From NCBI GenBank assembly GCA_963665775.2, contig CAXXTF010000001.1, positions 288,001 to 352,000 on the forward strand: a stretch of DNA of 64,000 bases. Reading direction: 5' to 3'. The DNA is from Dehalococcoidia bacterium. GTDB taxonomy: Bacteria; Chloroflexota; Dehalococcoidia; SM23-28-2; RBG-16-64-32. Both the position numbers and the translations under genes were made by a program. Under the pieces are notes generated by a model. That model was not told the DNA's origin and did not search any database. It saw only the letters and a list, made by a program, of their open reading frames with translations. Below, piece after piece: positions 19,084 to 30,130 of this stretch. Every line of letters starts with the position of its first letter. Position 1 is the stretch's first letter.

Positions 19084-21528
19084 ATGAGAGCGGTTTGCGG
19101 GGGACTGCGGGTGATCGACTTCAGCTGGGGAATGGCCGGAGGCATCGCCACGATGGTTCTTGCCGACAATGGCGCTGAGGTCATCAAGGTCGAGCCGCCC
19201 ACGGGGGATCCGTTCAGACATCTTCCAGCATTCCGTCAGTGGCATCGCGGAAAGAAAAGTTTAGTTCTAGATCTCAAGACCGCGTACGGCAAGCACACCG
19301 CTCAAAGTCTGGCAGCAACGGCTGATGTTGTGACAGAGAGCTTCAGGCCGGGCGTCGCTGATCGCCTAGGCATCGGTTACGAAGAGCTCCTAACGAACAA
19401 CCCAGGTCTGGTGTATTGCTCTATCACCGGCTTCGGCGAGAGTGGCGCCTACGCACAGTACAAAGCCTATGAGGGCGTGGTGCAAGCCAAGGCAGGTCGA
19501 ATGAGCTGGTTTGGAGGCCAACTAGACCGGCCCGGCCCTGCCTTCGCTGCGGTGCCTGTGGCCAGTTTCGGCGCATCTCAACTGGCCCTCCAGGGTATCC
19601 TTGCGGCCCTTTACGTGAGGGAGAAGACGGGCCACGGCCAAAAGGTGCACACCAGTTTGCTCCACGCGGTCGGCTGCTACGATATGTTCAACTGGGCGAT
19701 TGGGCAGCTACGCGAGCGGTTTCCTAAGGATTTCCCGGCACTGCGGAGCTTGGGCCCATCCTATCATTATCTCGTTGCCGTCACAAAGGACGGCCATTGG
19801 ATTCAGTTCGCAAACGCGGGTCAGCGGCAATTCAGAGCGTTCCTCCGAGCCGTCGAAATGGAGGAGGTCTTTGAAGCGGTGGGCGCAGGTGATCAGAGAA
19901 TGGTCTTCCAAGCAACAACCTTTGAGGAACTGTGGGAGCTACTCCTGCTGAAGATTCAGGAACGATCTTTGGCCGAGTGGATGGACATCTTCCTGGCAGA
20001 CCCAGACATCTCTGTAGAGCCGATCCGTGATACGCAAAGTGCGATGGAGCATCCGCAGATGCTGCATAACGGACACGTCATCGAGATAGAGGACCCTGAG
20101 GTCGGAAAGATCAAGGAACTGGGACCATTGGTCCAGTTGGCCGCCACGCCCTCACAGATTGGCGGATCTTCTCCAGAATTGGGGAGGGACGCTGGGATGC
20201 TGCCGTTGCAAGGCCGCTCGAGCGCCGCAATTCTCCCCAATACCTCGAAACCGCCCAAGCATGCCCTCGACGGCGTAACTATATTGGAGTTGGCCAGTTT
20301 CTATGCCGGCCCATTCGGCACCAGCCTCCTCGCTGACCTTGGGGCACGGGTCATCAAGATCGAGCCACTGGATGGTGATCCTATGCGAGTAAGTGAGAAC
20401 GCGCTCAAGACCACGCAAGGCAAGGAGAGCATATGTCTCGACCTGAAGAGGCAACAGGGCAAGGAGATCTTCTATAGGTTGGCGGAGAAGGCCGACTTGC
20501 TCATGCACACTTATCGCGCCGGAGTGGCAGAACGTCTAGGAATAGACTATGGCACGCTGAAGCAGATCAACCCGAACCTAGTATACCTCTACGCCAGTGC
20601 GTACGGGTCCTCCGGACCCTTCGTTCATCGCCCCGCGTACCACCCCACTTTCGGCGCTATAAGCGGCGGGGCCGCCTATCAGGCAGGTGACGGGACTCCA
20701 CCCACACCTGGGCAAGACATGCCTATGGAAGACGTTCGCCGTATATCGCGCTGCCTATCTAAGGCCAACGAGGGTAATCCTGATCCGACCTCAGCTCTGG
20801 TGGCTGGTACAGCCCTCCTAATGGGCCTCCTAGCGCGGCAGCGAACGGGTAAGGGGCAGTATGTGGGGAGAACAATGCTCTGCTCTAACGCGTATGCCAA
20901 CTCCGATGACTTCATCGAGTTCAAAGGTAAGCGGCCCCGCAAGCCGGTAGATCCCGGCTGCTACGGTTTGGGCGCATTGTATCGGCTGTACCGATGCCGC
21001 CAGGGGTGGATCTTCCTCGCCTGCCTAACAGGCGATGAGTGGGAGCGCCTCTGCAGAGCCGTCGATTATAGTGAGCTCTCGGTAGATGGACGATTTAGCA
21101 ACGCTGAATCGCGCGTGAGGCACGATTCAGAGCTAGTCGCAATTCTAGAGGAAGTGTTTCTGCGTAGAACGGCCACACAGTGGGAGGAAGACCTGACCGA
21201 CCACGACCTAGGCTGCGTTGTCGCCGATGGCGGGGAATACTGGATCTTCTTCAACACGGATCCCCACGTTGATGCCAATTGCATGGCTGTAGAAGTGGAC
21301 CATCCAAAGTGGGGCACATATCGCCGCCACACTCCCAACGTCCAGATGTCACTCACGCCTGGTGTTGCTGGGCCGGGCAACCGAGCCGGTGAGCACTCGC
21401 GTCAAATCCTAGAAGAGTTGGGCTACAGCGCAACCCAAATCGATGATCTTGGCTTGACGAGTATTGTCGCTTGGCCCGGAGGGGCTGCGGCGCCGTTGGT
21501 CGGTGGCGCAGACAGTGGGGTGAGGTAG
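19084..21528 (+). CDS. Family III CoA-transferase with two fused domains; paralog of 12824-15229
   Basis: Collinear with the other fused enzyme (YKAYEGVV, VPVAS, GNPD, YRLYxCxxGW). Confidence 0.92.
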   Translation: MRAVCGGLRVIDFSWGMAGGIATMVLADNGAEVIKVEPPTGDPFRHLPAFRQWHRGKKSLVLDLKTAYGKHTAQSLAATADVVTESFRPGVADRLGIGYEELLTNNPGLVYCSITGFGESGAYAQYKAYEGVVQAKAGRMSWFGGQLDRPGPAFAAVPVASFGASQLALQGILAALYVREKTGHGQKVHTSLLHAVGCYDMFNWAIGQLRERFPKDFPALRSLGPSYHYLVAVTKDGHWIQFANAGQRQFRAFLRAVEMEEVFEAVGAGDQRMVFQATTFEELWELLLLKIQERSLAEWMDIFLADPDISVEPIRDTQSAMEHPQMLHNGHVIEIEDPEVGKIKELGPLVQLAATPSQIGGSSPELGRDAGMLPLQGRSSAAILPNTSKPPKHALDGVTILELASFYAGPFGTSLLADLGARVIKIEPLDGDPMRVSENALKTTQGKESICLDLKRQQGKEIFYRLAEKADLLMHTYRAGVAERLGIDYGTLKQINPNLVYLYASAYGSSGPFVHRPAYHPTFGAISGGAAYQAGDGTPPTPGQDMPMEDVRRISRCLSKANEGNPDPTSALVAGTALLMGLLARQRTGKGQYVGRTMLCSNAYANSDDFIEFKGKRPRKPVDPGCYGLGALYRLYRCRQGWIFLACLTGDEWERLCRAVDYSELSVDGRFSNAESRVRHDSELVAILEEVFLRRTATQWEEDLTDHDLGCVVADGGEYWIFFNTDPHVDANCMAVEVDHPKWGTYRRHTPNVQMSLTPGVAGPGNRAGEHSRQILEELGYSATQIDDLGLTSIVAWPGGAAAPLVGGADSGVR

Positions 21529-21530
21529 TC

Positions 21531-22481
21531 TTGCAGCAGTATTTGATCCGAAGGGTGCTCCTGATGATCCCCACCTTGATAATCGTGACCGTCATTATCT
21601 TCTCCATGGTGCGGATCCTGCCGGGCGATGTGGTCCTCCAGCAGGTATCCGAATATCCCGCGTACAGTGAAGACGAAATCGAAGCCCTCCGTGACAAGCT
21701 GGGCATCAACAGGTCTTGGCTCGCTCAATATCCCGAATGGCTCGGAGGCGTGGTTGTTGGCAATCTGGGTACATCCCTGTGGTCTAACGATGACATCGGA
21801 GCATTGATTATCGATCGAATTCCCGTGACTCTCGAGTTGGCCATCCTAGCATTCATCATGGCCAACAGCATTGCCCTCGTATTTGGTGCTATATCTGCAA
21901 TTCGACAGGACACATCCGTAGATTATGTCCTACGCGTCCTAAGCATAACTGGCCTGTCAATGCCTAACTTCTGGATAGCCACGATGGTGATTATCTTCGG
22001 CGCCCGCCTCTTAAATTATCTACCTCCGCTGAGATATACCCCCTTCATGGATGACCCGCTGACGAACTTAGAGCAATTTATTCTGCCAGCAGGTATTCTT
22101 GGTGTCGCCCTGTCGTCTAGCATCATGCGAATGACGCGTTCAGCAGTTCTCGAGGTCCTGCGCCAGGACTATGTCCGCACAGCCTGGGCTAAAGGTCTCC
22201 GGGAGCGGCAGATCGTCATCCGCCATGTTCTCAAGAATGCCCTCATGCCAGTAGTTACTCTGCAAGGTACCCAGCTCGCTTTCCTTTTGTCGGGATCCGT
22301 CATCATCGAGATCATCTTCAGTCTGCCGGGGATCGGGCTCCTGACATACGACTCCATCTTGAACCGAGACTACACCGTGGTACAGGCGACTACGCTGGTC
22401 TTTGGTGCGATCTTCATGTTGATTAATCTAACAGTTGATCTAAGCTATGCCTGGCTCGACCCGCGAGTCAAGTACAACTAG
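21531..22481 (+). CDS. ABC transporter permease (DppB-like)
   Basis: YLIRR, PGD, EVLRQDYVRTAWAKGL, DLSYAWLDPR. Confidence 0.92.
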   Translation: MQQYLIRRVLLMIPTLIIVTVIIFSMVRILPGDVVLQQVSEYPAYSEDEIEALRDKLGINRSWLAQYPEWLGGVVVGNLGTSLWSNDDIGALIIDRIPVTLELAILAFIMANSIALVFGAISAIRQDTSVDYVLRVLSITGLSMPNFWIATMVIIFGARLLNYLPPLRYTPFMDDPLTNLEQFILPAGILGVALSSSIMRMTRSAVLEVLRQDYVRTAWAKGLRERQIVIRHVLKNALMPVVTLQGTQLAFLLSGSVIIEIIFSLPGIGLLTYDSILNRDYTVVQATTLVFGAIFMLINLTVDLSYAWLDPRVKYN

Positions 22482-22494
22482 GAAGTGTAAGAGC

Positions 22495-23490
22495 ATGGCA
22501 AGATCGTCCAGTTTTCAGAGCCGGGAGGAATTGTTCCATAGACAATCCTATCTGGTTCTCCTTGCCACGATCGGGACTCTTGGAAAAGGCCTGCGCACGT
22601 TCGCTCGTACTAAGCCTTTAGGGGCAGCGGGAGCCCTCGTTCTTGTCACAATGATCGTAATGGCGCTTGGCGCCGATTTAATCGCCCCCTATGATCCTCT
22701 GGCGATCGATACCCCTATCCGACTGAGCGCACCTAGCTGGGATCACTTTTTTGGCACCGACCAGCTGGGACGCGACCTATTGAGCCGCATCATCCATGCT
22801 ACTCGGCCATCTCTTTATACGGGCCTCATAGTTGTTACCGCAACCGCCTTTCTCGGCACCGTATTCGGCGTCACATCGGCTTACTTTGGCGGACCCTATG
22901 ATCTGCTGCTTCAACGGGTCGTTGATGCATTTCAGGCTCTCCCTGGCCTGATCTTCGCAATGGCCCTCGTCTCACTGTTTAGTTCGGGCATTCATATCTG
23001 GATTATTAGCTTGCCGGTCGTCTGGCACACCATACCCCTCGTGATCGTGGCGGTGTTGATCATCCTGATGACACCATCAACAATCCGTGTAGTTAGGGCG
23101 GCTACCTTTGGCGTGCTGAACAATCCGTACGTAGATGCTGCCAACGTCATCGGCTGTACTCGAGTGCGGATCATCGGGCGTCACCTGGTACCAAATATTA
23201 TGGCTCCGATCATCGTAGTCGCGTCAGTCCAACTGGGTGTCGTAATCTTAATCGAGGCAAGCCTTAGCTTCCTGGGCTTGGGTCTACCTCCGCCACACCC
23301 CAGCTGGGGTGGCATGCTTCAAGGTGACGGCCGGAATTACATGACTACTGCACCCTGGCTTGCCATTTTCCCTGGTCTAGCGATTACTTCGGCTGTCCTC
23401 GCCTTTAACCTGTTTGGAGACGGAGTTAGAGACGTCCTTGACCCACGGATGAGGGGGACTCGCGGTTCGGGCAAGATGGGCGGCCGATGA
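22495..23490 (+). CDS. ABC transporter permease (DppC-like)
   Basis: HFFGTDQLGRD, RHLVPN, EASLSFLGLG, PSWG, FNLFGDGVRDVLDPR. Confidence 0.92.
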   Translation: MARSSSFQSREELFHRQSYLVLLATIGTLGKGLRTFARTKPLGAAGALVLVTMIVMALGADLIAPYDPLAIDTPIRLSAPSWDHFFGTDQLGRDLLSRIIHATRPSLYTGLIVVTATAFLGTVFGVTSAYFGGPYDLLLQRVVDAFQALPGLIFAMALVSLFSSGIHIWIISLPVVWHTIPLVIVAVLIILMTPSTIRVVRAATFGVLNNPYVDAANVIGCTRVRIIGRHLVPNIMAPIIVVASVQLGVVILIEASLSFLGLGLPPPHPSWGGMLQGDGRNYMTTAPWLAIFPGLAITSAVLAFNLFGDGVRDVLDPRMRGTRGSGKMGGR

Positions 23491-23714
23491 ATAAGACCCT
23501 CAATCAGTTAGTGGCGATAGGCTCTGCCTCTGAGGAAGCACCTAAGGTCTAACCTTCAACCTTTGTGGGGTGCCAAAATGTCGTCCGTATCTGGGCGGGG
23601 TTGACTTGATGAGGTGATTGGGCCAGCGTTGGGCCAGTACGTTCCAACAACGCTGTGTTGCCGCTCGCTACGGCGTTGGTCACGTTACCTTTGAGGTCCG
23701 GCATCGCCTGCTTC

Positions 23715-24987
23715 TGACCTGCCCCCCTAAACGCTACCACAGGCTATGTTAGTGTGGCCATCGCCGTAGTCTCCAGGGATGGCGCGGTGGAGCCCGGCCA
23801 TGGCACGATCGCTTGCGGTGCTGGCGGCCGGTAGCCGAGAGCGCTATGCGGGCGCACCTCGTTGTAGTTCCGTCGCCACCGCTCGCAGAGGACCTGTGCT
23901 TCCAGCACCGTGTCGAACACCTCCCCATTCAATAGTTCATCACGTAGCTTCCCATTGAACGACTCGATGTAGCCGTTCTCCCAGGGGCTCCCGGGCTCGA
24001 TATACAGAGTCTGCACGCCTACCCGCTCTAGCCAGGTCCGGAGCGCACGTGCCGTGAACTCTGGCCCGTTGTCCGAGCGCAGGTAGCGAGGCGTCCCGCG
24101 CTCGACGAAGAGCTGGGCCAGCTCTGCCAGCACGTCATCACTGGTGATCTGCCTCGCCACCTGGATAGCCAGGCACTCCCTTGTGAACTCGTCCAGCACC
24201 GTCAAGAGCCGCAGGGGACGGCCGTCGCTGGTGCGGGTAAACACGAAGTCGTAGCTCCAGACGTGGTTGGGCTCAGTCGGCCTGAGCCTAACGCAGGAGC
24301 CATCGGTCAGCCATAGCCGCCTCCGCTTCGGCTGCTTCGCCGGCACCTTCAGCCCTTCCCGCCGCCAGAGCCGCTCTACCCGCTTGTGGTTCACCCGAAA
24401 ACCCTCCTCTCGCAGCAGGGCGGTCACCCGTCGGTAACCGTAGCGCCCGTACTCGGTCGCTAGCTCCACCATCCGCCTCAGCAGCCTCCCTTCATCGTCG
24501 AGAGGAGAACCCCACCGCCGCTGCGTCGATCGCTCCTGCCCCAGAACCTGGCAGGCCCGGCGCTCCGAGACGACCGCGTGGCCCAACGCATTCCGCACCC
24601 AGGCCACCGCCTGCCGTCTCTTCGCCGGGCTCAGAAGTTTCCCTGCACCGCCTCCTTAAGGATGGCGTTGTCCAGGGAGAGGTTTGCTACCAGCTTCTTC
24701 AGCCGCAGGTTCTCCTGCTCCAGCTCCCGCAGCCGCTTGGCCTGTTGCCTCCTCAGGCCGCCATACTCCTTCCGCCAGCGGGAGTAGGTCTGCTCTGCCA
24801 CGCCCAGCTTCCTGCAGACCTCGGGCACGGCCAGGCCCTTAGCCAGCCCGACCTCCGCCTCCCTCAACTTGTTGATGATCTCCTCTGCCGTGTGACGCTG
24901 CCTGCCCAAGCCTTCTGCCCCCTTTCTCTGGTCCAGAACCCCTGATTACTAACATTGGGCCTGGACTCGTTTTCGGGGGCAAGGTCA
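23715..24987 (-). mobile_element. IS3-family element, copy 2, full length (1273 bp)
   Basis: Both TGACCT... ends present; orfA 24631-24909 and orfB ~23744-24630; G-GGA-AAC slippery heptamer at the orfA end. No target duplication seen. Confidence 0.95.
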
Positions 24988-25323
24988 CATCGACATCAAC
25001 CAACGGACAAATTGACAGTAGCAAGTAAGGAGATTTACACTCAGGTGAATCAATTTCTAGCTATGCGAAGTCAAGTACTTTAATCCCTATTATACGCCGT
25101 CGCCACGACGGTCAGATGCGGCGGTATCCGGAGTTTCACGTCCTGGTATACAGCCGAGAAGTGTCGCTTGGCGGTTCCACTCTCTGCATTCGCTGACCGC
25201 AGCCACTGTAGGCCCAGATGCCCTCAACGCGGAGCCCCCACTCATATTGGGCACGATCGACACATAGTGTAATACGCGTGACAGTACGTGACCATTCCCA
25301 CCTGGCGCACTGGCGAATTGCGC

Positions 25324-26775
25324 CTATTCGAAAGCGTAGAGGTTAGCCCCTTCATCGACCACGTAAATCGCTTCGGCCGTGATCACGACATCACTACTGA
25401 TCCATTTCGCAGTCTGGAAGCTCCACCTGACGTCGCCCGTGTCAGAGCTAAGTGCGTAGAGGTGATCGCCCGCGCCTACGTAGAGCGTGTCGCCAGCGAC
25501 GGCCGGAGCACCCAGGACGGCTCCTGCACCTTGGTATGTCCATCTGGGCTCTCTAGTCTCTAGGTCCAAGGCCAACACTTGGCCACTGCTAGTGCCAAAG
25601 TAGAGAGCCCGTTCGGTTACAGCTGGCGGTGCTATCAGGGACTCGTCCACGAAGTAGCTCCACATGAGACCGCTGGGCAGTGGTGGTCGCGGCGCCACGC
25701 CCGCTAGCCATAGATTCGTCCATATGCCGCGCGTCGGCTCCCAGAAGGGTGCCCGTGTGTCGGTGTCGATGTCAAGTGCCAGAATGCCACCGACGTCAAC
25801 GGCTACATACGTCGTGCCCTCCAGGACTGCCGGAGTTCCCACCACGTTCCCCGACAAAATATTGTAGGTGAAGAAATTCTCGCCAGAACCGACATCAAAG
25901 TAGAAAATCTGGTCGCTAGTCGCCACCAGCATCCAATCGCCAGTCCAGGTCACCGCTGAACCGGGCCAGCTCTTCTCCACGTCCCCTTCCCACAACTTCT
26001 CTCCGGTCACAGCATCCACGCTGGTCAGCCGGCCCTTGTTGGCGCTCAGCACATAGACCGCCCCGTTCACCACTACCGGTGACCATAGAAGAGGGCCGGG
26101 CGCCCGAAACGACCACAGGATCTCTCCCACCTCCCGGTCCAGGGCCATCAGACGCTCATTTGCCAGGGCAACGTAGAGTCTCTCGTCGTCCACCGCCGGC
26201 GTGCCGTTGGCCGGTGCCCCCAGCGGCGTCTCCCAGCGCTTTGCCCCGCTAGTTACATCCAAGGCTACGGCTCGATTGTCGCTGGTGGCGACATAAACCA
26301 AACCACCGACCACGGCGGGTGCCGTGACGGACGATGCTTCCAGGTTGACGCTCCACTTCAGACGACCTGAGTGAGGCTGCTGCTCCGGTATAGAACGCGT
26401 GTGTGCCAGGTCATAGCCATACATTGCCCACTCGCCAGAGTTAGAATTAGAGCTGGTCATTGTGGATCCGGACGGAAGGGGCGAAGAGGGCCCTGGGGAA
26501 AGGCAAACTGCCATAAGGCCAGCTGCTGAGACGGTCAGCAGCCACACGAGAACGCGGCGACGCCGGCGTCCCCGGCGGACGTGGCGCTCCTGATCTGCAT
26601 CATGGCGCAACACCTCGCCCTCGCCGACTACACGCCCGCCCTCTAGGCGGCTCCGGCAGTCCTGACAGAAGGTCCCGCCGTATTCGTTAACCATGCCGCA
26701 GACGCGGCAAACTATCAGCTCGTGCTCGGAGCCTGCTTCGTCGGTCTGTGTCAATGGCGGCTTCTCACCTGTCAC
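25324..26775 (-). CDS. PQQ-like beta-propeller membrane protein with N-terminal zinc ribbon
   Basis: CRVCG...CQDC, basic patch plus TM helix, WAMYGYDLAHT, repeated ALDxxxGxxxW blades. Confidence 0.85.
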   Translation of the reverse strand: MTGEKPPLTQTDEAGSEHELIVCRVCGMVNEYGGTFCQDCRSRLEGGRVVGEGEVLRHDADQERHVRRGRRRRRVLVWLLTVSAAGLMAVCLSPGPSSPLPSGSTMTSSNSNSGEWAMYGYDLAHTRSIPEQQPHSGRLKWSVNLEASSVTAPAVVGGLVYVATSDNRAVALDVTSGAKRWETPLGAPANGTPAVDDERLYVALANERLMALDREVGEILWSFRAPGPLLWSPVVVNGAVYVLSANKGRLTSVDAVTGEKLWEGDVEKSWPGSAVTWTGDWMLVATSDQIFYFDVGSGENFFTYNILSGNVVGTPAVLEGTTYVAVDVGGILALDIDTDTRAPFWEPTRGIWTNLWLAGVAPRPPLPSGLMWSYFVDESLIAPPAVTERALYFGTSSGQVLALDLETREPRWTYQGAGAVLGAPAVAGDTLYVGAGDHLYALSSDTGDVRWSFQTAKWISSDVVITAEAIYVVDEGANLYAFE

Positions 26776-27110
26776 TCGGCTACAGCTACGAACTGTCGGT
26801 CACGGACGCCTTGCTTCCGCCCGAGATGACCGAAAAGGTTGCCGAAGTTCATCTGACTCGACCCAATTATACGCTTTTGAATGATTTTCTTGGCCATATT
26901 ATGTGCCTGAAAAGGTCCGTCGGTTATCCTGTAGGGCGGCAATAGTCAGAGCGCCTGTGCACGGCACCTCGCTCGTTCTAGTATGTGCCCGGCGCTCCCC
27001 CGAGCCAGATTCGGGCAGGTTCGGCCGTTACCGTCCCCGTTTCTCCCACCTTCTCCGCATCTGCCCTTAACTCGCCGCCACAGCAGAGTGATGAATGCAA
27101 CACGGCCTAA

Positions 27111-27189
27111 TGACCTTGCCCCCGAAAACGAGTCCAGGCCCAATGTTAGTAATCAGGGGTTCTGGACCAGAGAAAGGGGGCAGAAGGAT
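27111..27189 (+). mobile_element. IS3 element left-end stub (copy 3)
   Basis: Matches the first ~79 bp of copies 1 and 2. Confidence 0.92.
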
Positions 27190-27195
27190 CGGTGC

Positions 27196-27345
27196 TTATA
27201 TACTTGACGCAACAGAGCGTGACACAATTGGGGAGGGCTGCGAGGCCCGTTTCAGCGCCGCCATCACCTCGTCCCGCGTCGCTCCAGGCTCGTGCTCCTC
27301 TAGTTTCTTCGGTGGGTGCTTCTGACCTTGCGGGCCTCTGGGCAT
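27196..27345 (-). CDS. Small IS-associated hypothetical protein (49 aa)
   Basis: MPRGPQGQKHPPKKLEEHEPGATRDEVMAALKRASQP...; start overlaps the upstream stop (TAATG); ends inside an IS1595-like terminal motif. Confidence 0.4.
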   Translation of the reverse strand: MPRGPQGQKHPPKKLEEHEPGATRDEVMAALKRASQPSPIVSRSVASSI

Positions 27346-27536
27346 TAGTCCCTAGCCTGCCGCGCCGCCATTGCGTCGAGACGCTGCTCGATCTCGTACA
27401 CCGCCTCGCGCGTGCGGTCGACCTTGTGCATGCTCCAGCGCGTCAGCCAGACCGGCATCCAGACACCGAGGGTGAGAACCATCGCGATGATGTGGACGCT
27501 GTGGTTGAAATCTTTGTCCTGGTGCGGTGCAGCCAT
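27345..27536 (-). CDS. Small membrane protein
   Basis: RBS AAGGAGG; NHSVHIIAMVLTLGVWMPVW TM motif. Confidence 0.55.
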   Translation of the reverse strand: MAAPHQDKDFNHSVHIIAMVLTLGVWMPVWLTRWSMHKVDRTREAVYEIEQRLDAMAARQARD

Positions 27537-27629
27537 GAGATGCCTCCTTTATTAGTGGTTCGGACAAAAGTCCATCCCAAACGTATTATACCTTGCCGAC
27601 TGACGATATTTGCATCGGAGTATGTGCTT

Positions 27630-28154
27630 GTGTGTCAACACGGTGACAAAGCTCCTAGTAGACGCTGGGGAAGCCTGCCAGAAGTTCCACGATGAAGCGG
27701 TCCGGGACGTTCCGTCCAGCCGGATTGAAGTTGATGAGATTTGGGCCTTCTGCTACGCCAAGGCCAGAACAGTGCCCCATGCTGTATCGGCCCCTGAAGG
27801 CGCCGGCGATGCATGGGACCTGGACTGGTATAGACCGGGACTCCAAGCTCATCCTCTCCTGGGCCGTTAGCCCTGGGCGCGGCGGCGAGTACGCTATAGA
27901 GTTTATGGACGATTTACGGTCCCGGCTGGCTAACCGAGTACAGATAACCACAGATGGTCACCGGGCTTACCTGGAGGCCATAGAGGGCGCTTTCGGCGGC
28001 GACGTAGACTATGCTCAACTGGTGAAGCTGTACGGGCCTGCATCAAGCTCAGAGGCGCAACGACGATACAGCCCAGCGGAGTGTATCGGTGCTAACAAGA
28101 TTCCGGTTGTCGGAACCCCCGATTGGGACTCAATCAGTACGTCGATAGTGGAGC
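27630..28154 (+). pseudogene. IS1-family transposase remnant, frameshifted near 27815 and cut by IS3
   Basis: NTVTKLLVDAG...IEVDEIWAFCYAK; TWTGIDRDSKLI; VQITTDGHRAYLEAIEGAFGGDVDYAQLVKLYG; ISTS. Confidence 0.85.
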
Positions 28155-28480
28155 TGACCTGCCCCCCTAAACGCTACCACAGGCTATGTTAGTGTGGCCA
28201 TCGCCGTAGTCTCCAGGGATGGCGCGGTGGAGCCCGGCCATGGCACGATCGCTTGCGGTGCTGGCGGCCGGTAGCCGAGAGCGCTATGCGGGCGCACCTC
28301 GTTGTAGTTCCGTCGCCACCGCTCGCAGAGGACCTGTGCTTCCAGCACCGTGTCGAACACCTCCCCATTCAATAGTTCATCACGTAGCTTCCCATTGAAC
28401 GACTCGATGTAGCCGTTCTCCCAGGGGCTCCCGGGCTCGATATACAGAGTCTGCACGCCTACCCGCTCTAGCCAGGTCCG
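28155..28480 (-). mobile_element. IS3 element right-end fragment (copy 4)
   Basis: Matches 23715-24040. Confidence 0.92.
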
Positions 28481-28544
28481 CGGCGCTGAGCCTCGTGATC
28501 GTCGGCGCCTATCTCATCCTCGTCGCCAATCAAGGAAGCTCGTG

Positions 28545-28820
28545 ATGCCGGCCCTGGCCAAGGCGTTCAACATCATCAAGCTCGGCAGTGGGGCGTTCCC
28601 TGCCTTCAGCGGCGTCAATGGACTGATCTCCCACGTCGACGGCAGGCCGACCAAGTCGGGCCAGGCAGTGGACGAGGCCGGCTCGCTGCGCGTAGCGGCG
28701 ATCTGGATCGCCAACACCGTCCTCGCGGACGAGATCTCGTCGCTGACCATGAAGATCGTCCTCAGGGACGACCAGACGCGGCGGCCGCAGGAGCCGGCAG
28801 CGCTGCGGGCCTTCTGGGGC
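28545..28820 (+). pseudogene. Possible phage portal protein N-terminal fragment
   Basis: SLRVAAIWIANTVLADEISSLTMKIV resembles the N-terminal helix of HK97-type portals; preceded by the tail of a small hydrophobic ORF. Confidence 0.45.
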
Positions 28821-28962
28821 GCCGCCTACACGATGCTCGGCTGGACGCGGGGCGGCGACCTGGATGTGGGGCGGAGTTGATCGACGCCGGCGTGTCCCGC
28901 GAGCAGGCTTGGCAGCTGTTAGGGGGCGATCCAGCGATGCTTGCACCGGTAACGGAGGAGTG

Positions 28963-29124
28963 ATGCAGGACGCGCTTCCCGCCGAAATACGACAGAGACT
29001 CACCGCCCTACTAGGGACTGGCGGTACTGGCAATCTAGCCATCGACATTAAAGATGGCCGGATTATCAGCTGGAAGCTCACGGAAAGCGGTCGAATTGAC
29101 AGGCGCGCTCTAAGCGCTAGATAA
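28963..29124 (+). CDS. Small phage-like hypothetical protein (second copy)
   Basis: Copy of 4992-5153 with one amino-acid change. Confidence 0.5.
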   Translation: MQDALPAEIRQRLTALLGTGGTGNLAIDIKDGRIISWKLTESGRIDRRALSAR

Positions 29125-29233
29125 TGGGAATTGACTGAGATCGGGTTTCAAATTACTTTTATGCGTGCTAGGGGCGGGAGTAAAATTTATGCGTGCTAGG
29201 GGCGGGAGTAAAATTAGGGAATTATATACTTGT

Positions 29234-30099
29234 GTGCCAAAAACCCTTGCCGTACTGCTGGTAGCGCTGGTGGCGGGGGCTTTGGTTTTCGCGGCGTGCG
29301 GCGAGTCCGCAGTGCCGGCGAGTCCGCAGCGCCGGCCCCCGATCCCACCGCAGCGCCGGCCCCCGATCCCACCGCAGCGCCGGCCCCCGATCCCACCGCA
29401 GCGCCGGCCCCCGATCCCACCGCAGCCCCCGATCCCACCGCAGCGCCGGCCCCCGATCCCACCGCAGCCCCCGCAATGATGTCTCTGAGCGATATCGACG
29501 AGACCACCACGGGGGCCGAACTGATCGCGTCGCTTTCCGAAGGTGAAGCCGACTGCCTGCGCGCTGCGATAGGGGACGCGAGCTACGAAGCTATGCAGGA
29601 CCTGACCCTGTCCGAGAGTGCCATGGGATTCGATACGTTCCCACTGCAATGCCTGGAGCCGGACAACGCCATCGACCTGAGCGTAGCCATGATGTCGCTC
29701 CAGGCGGGCGGGCTGTCCGATGATAGCCAGGCCTGCATCAAGGACGTTTTCGCAGAGCTCGGGGTGCCGGGCGAGACGATGAGCGAGACAGACTCCTTGC
29801 GCTCCTTTATAACCATGCTGCTCTGCCTGACCGACGAAGAAGCGCAAGCCATGTCGGGACCTGTTCCGGAAGAAGACGCACTTCCTTTGCCCTCCCAACT
29901 ACGCTGCGTAGCCGAGCAGACGGACCTGGAGAACCTGTTCATCATCTACCAGGCCTTTGCCGACCTTGCCGACCTGGAGTCGAGCGCGGCGCCGCCCACA
30001 CCATCGCCGGAAATGATGATGGCGGTGGCCGAGATAATGGCGGCCCAGGAAACCTGCGGCATTCCCACCATCATCCAGGGGGAGGGGTCAGCACCCTAG
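29234..30099 (+). pseudogene. Second copy of the repeat-linker lipoprotein, frameshifted after the lipobox
   Basis: 17-bp insertion AGTGCCGGCGAGTCCGC at 29311-29327 separates the signal peptide from the body; 6 linker units, one shortened to 18 bp. Confidence 0.85.
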
Positions 30100-30130
30100 G
30101 CGGCGGCTCGGGTTACAGCCTGCGCAGGAA

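Noticed and set aside
29480-30099. Diversity-generating retroelement TR/VR pair with 4032-4650
   Set aside because: The differences are not adenine-specific (G/C, T/C, G/T) and there is no reverse transcriptase in the window.
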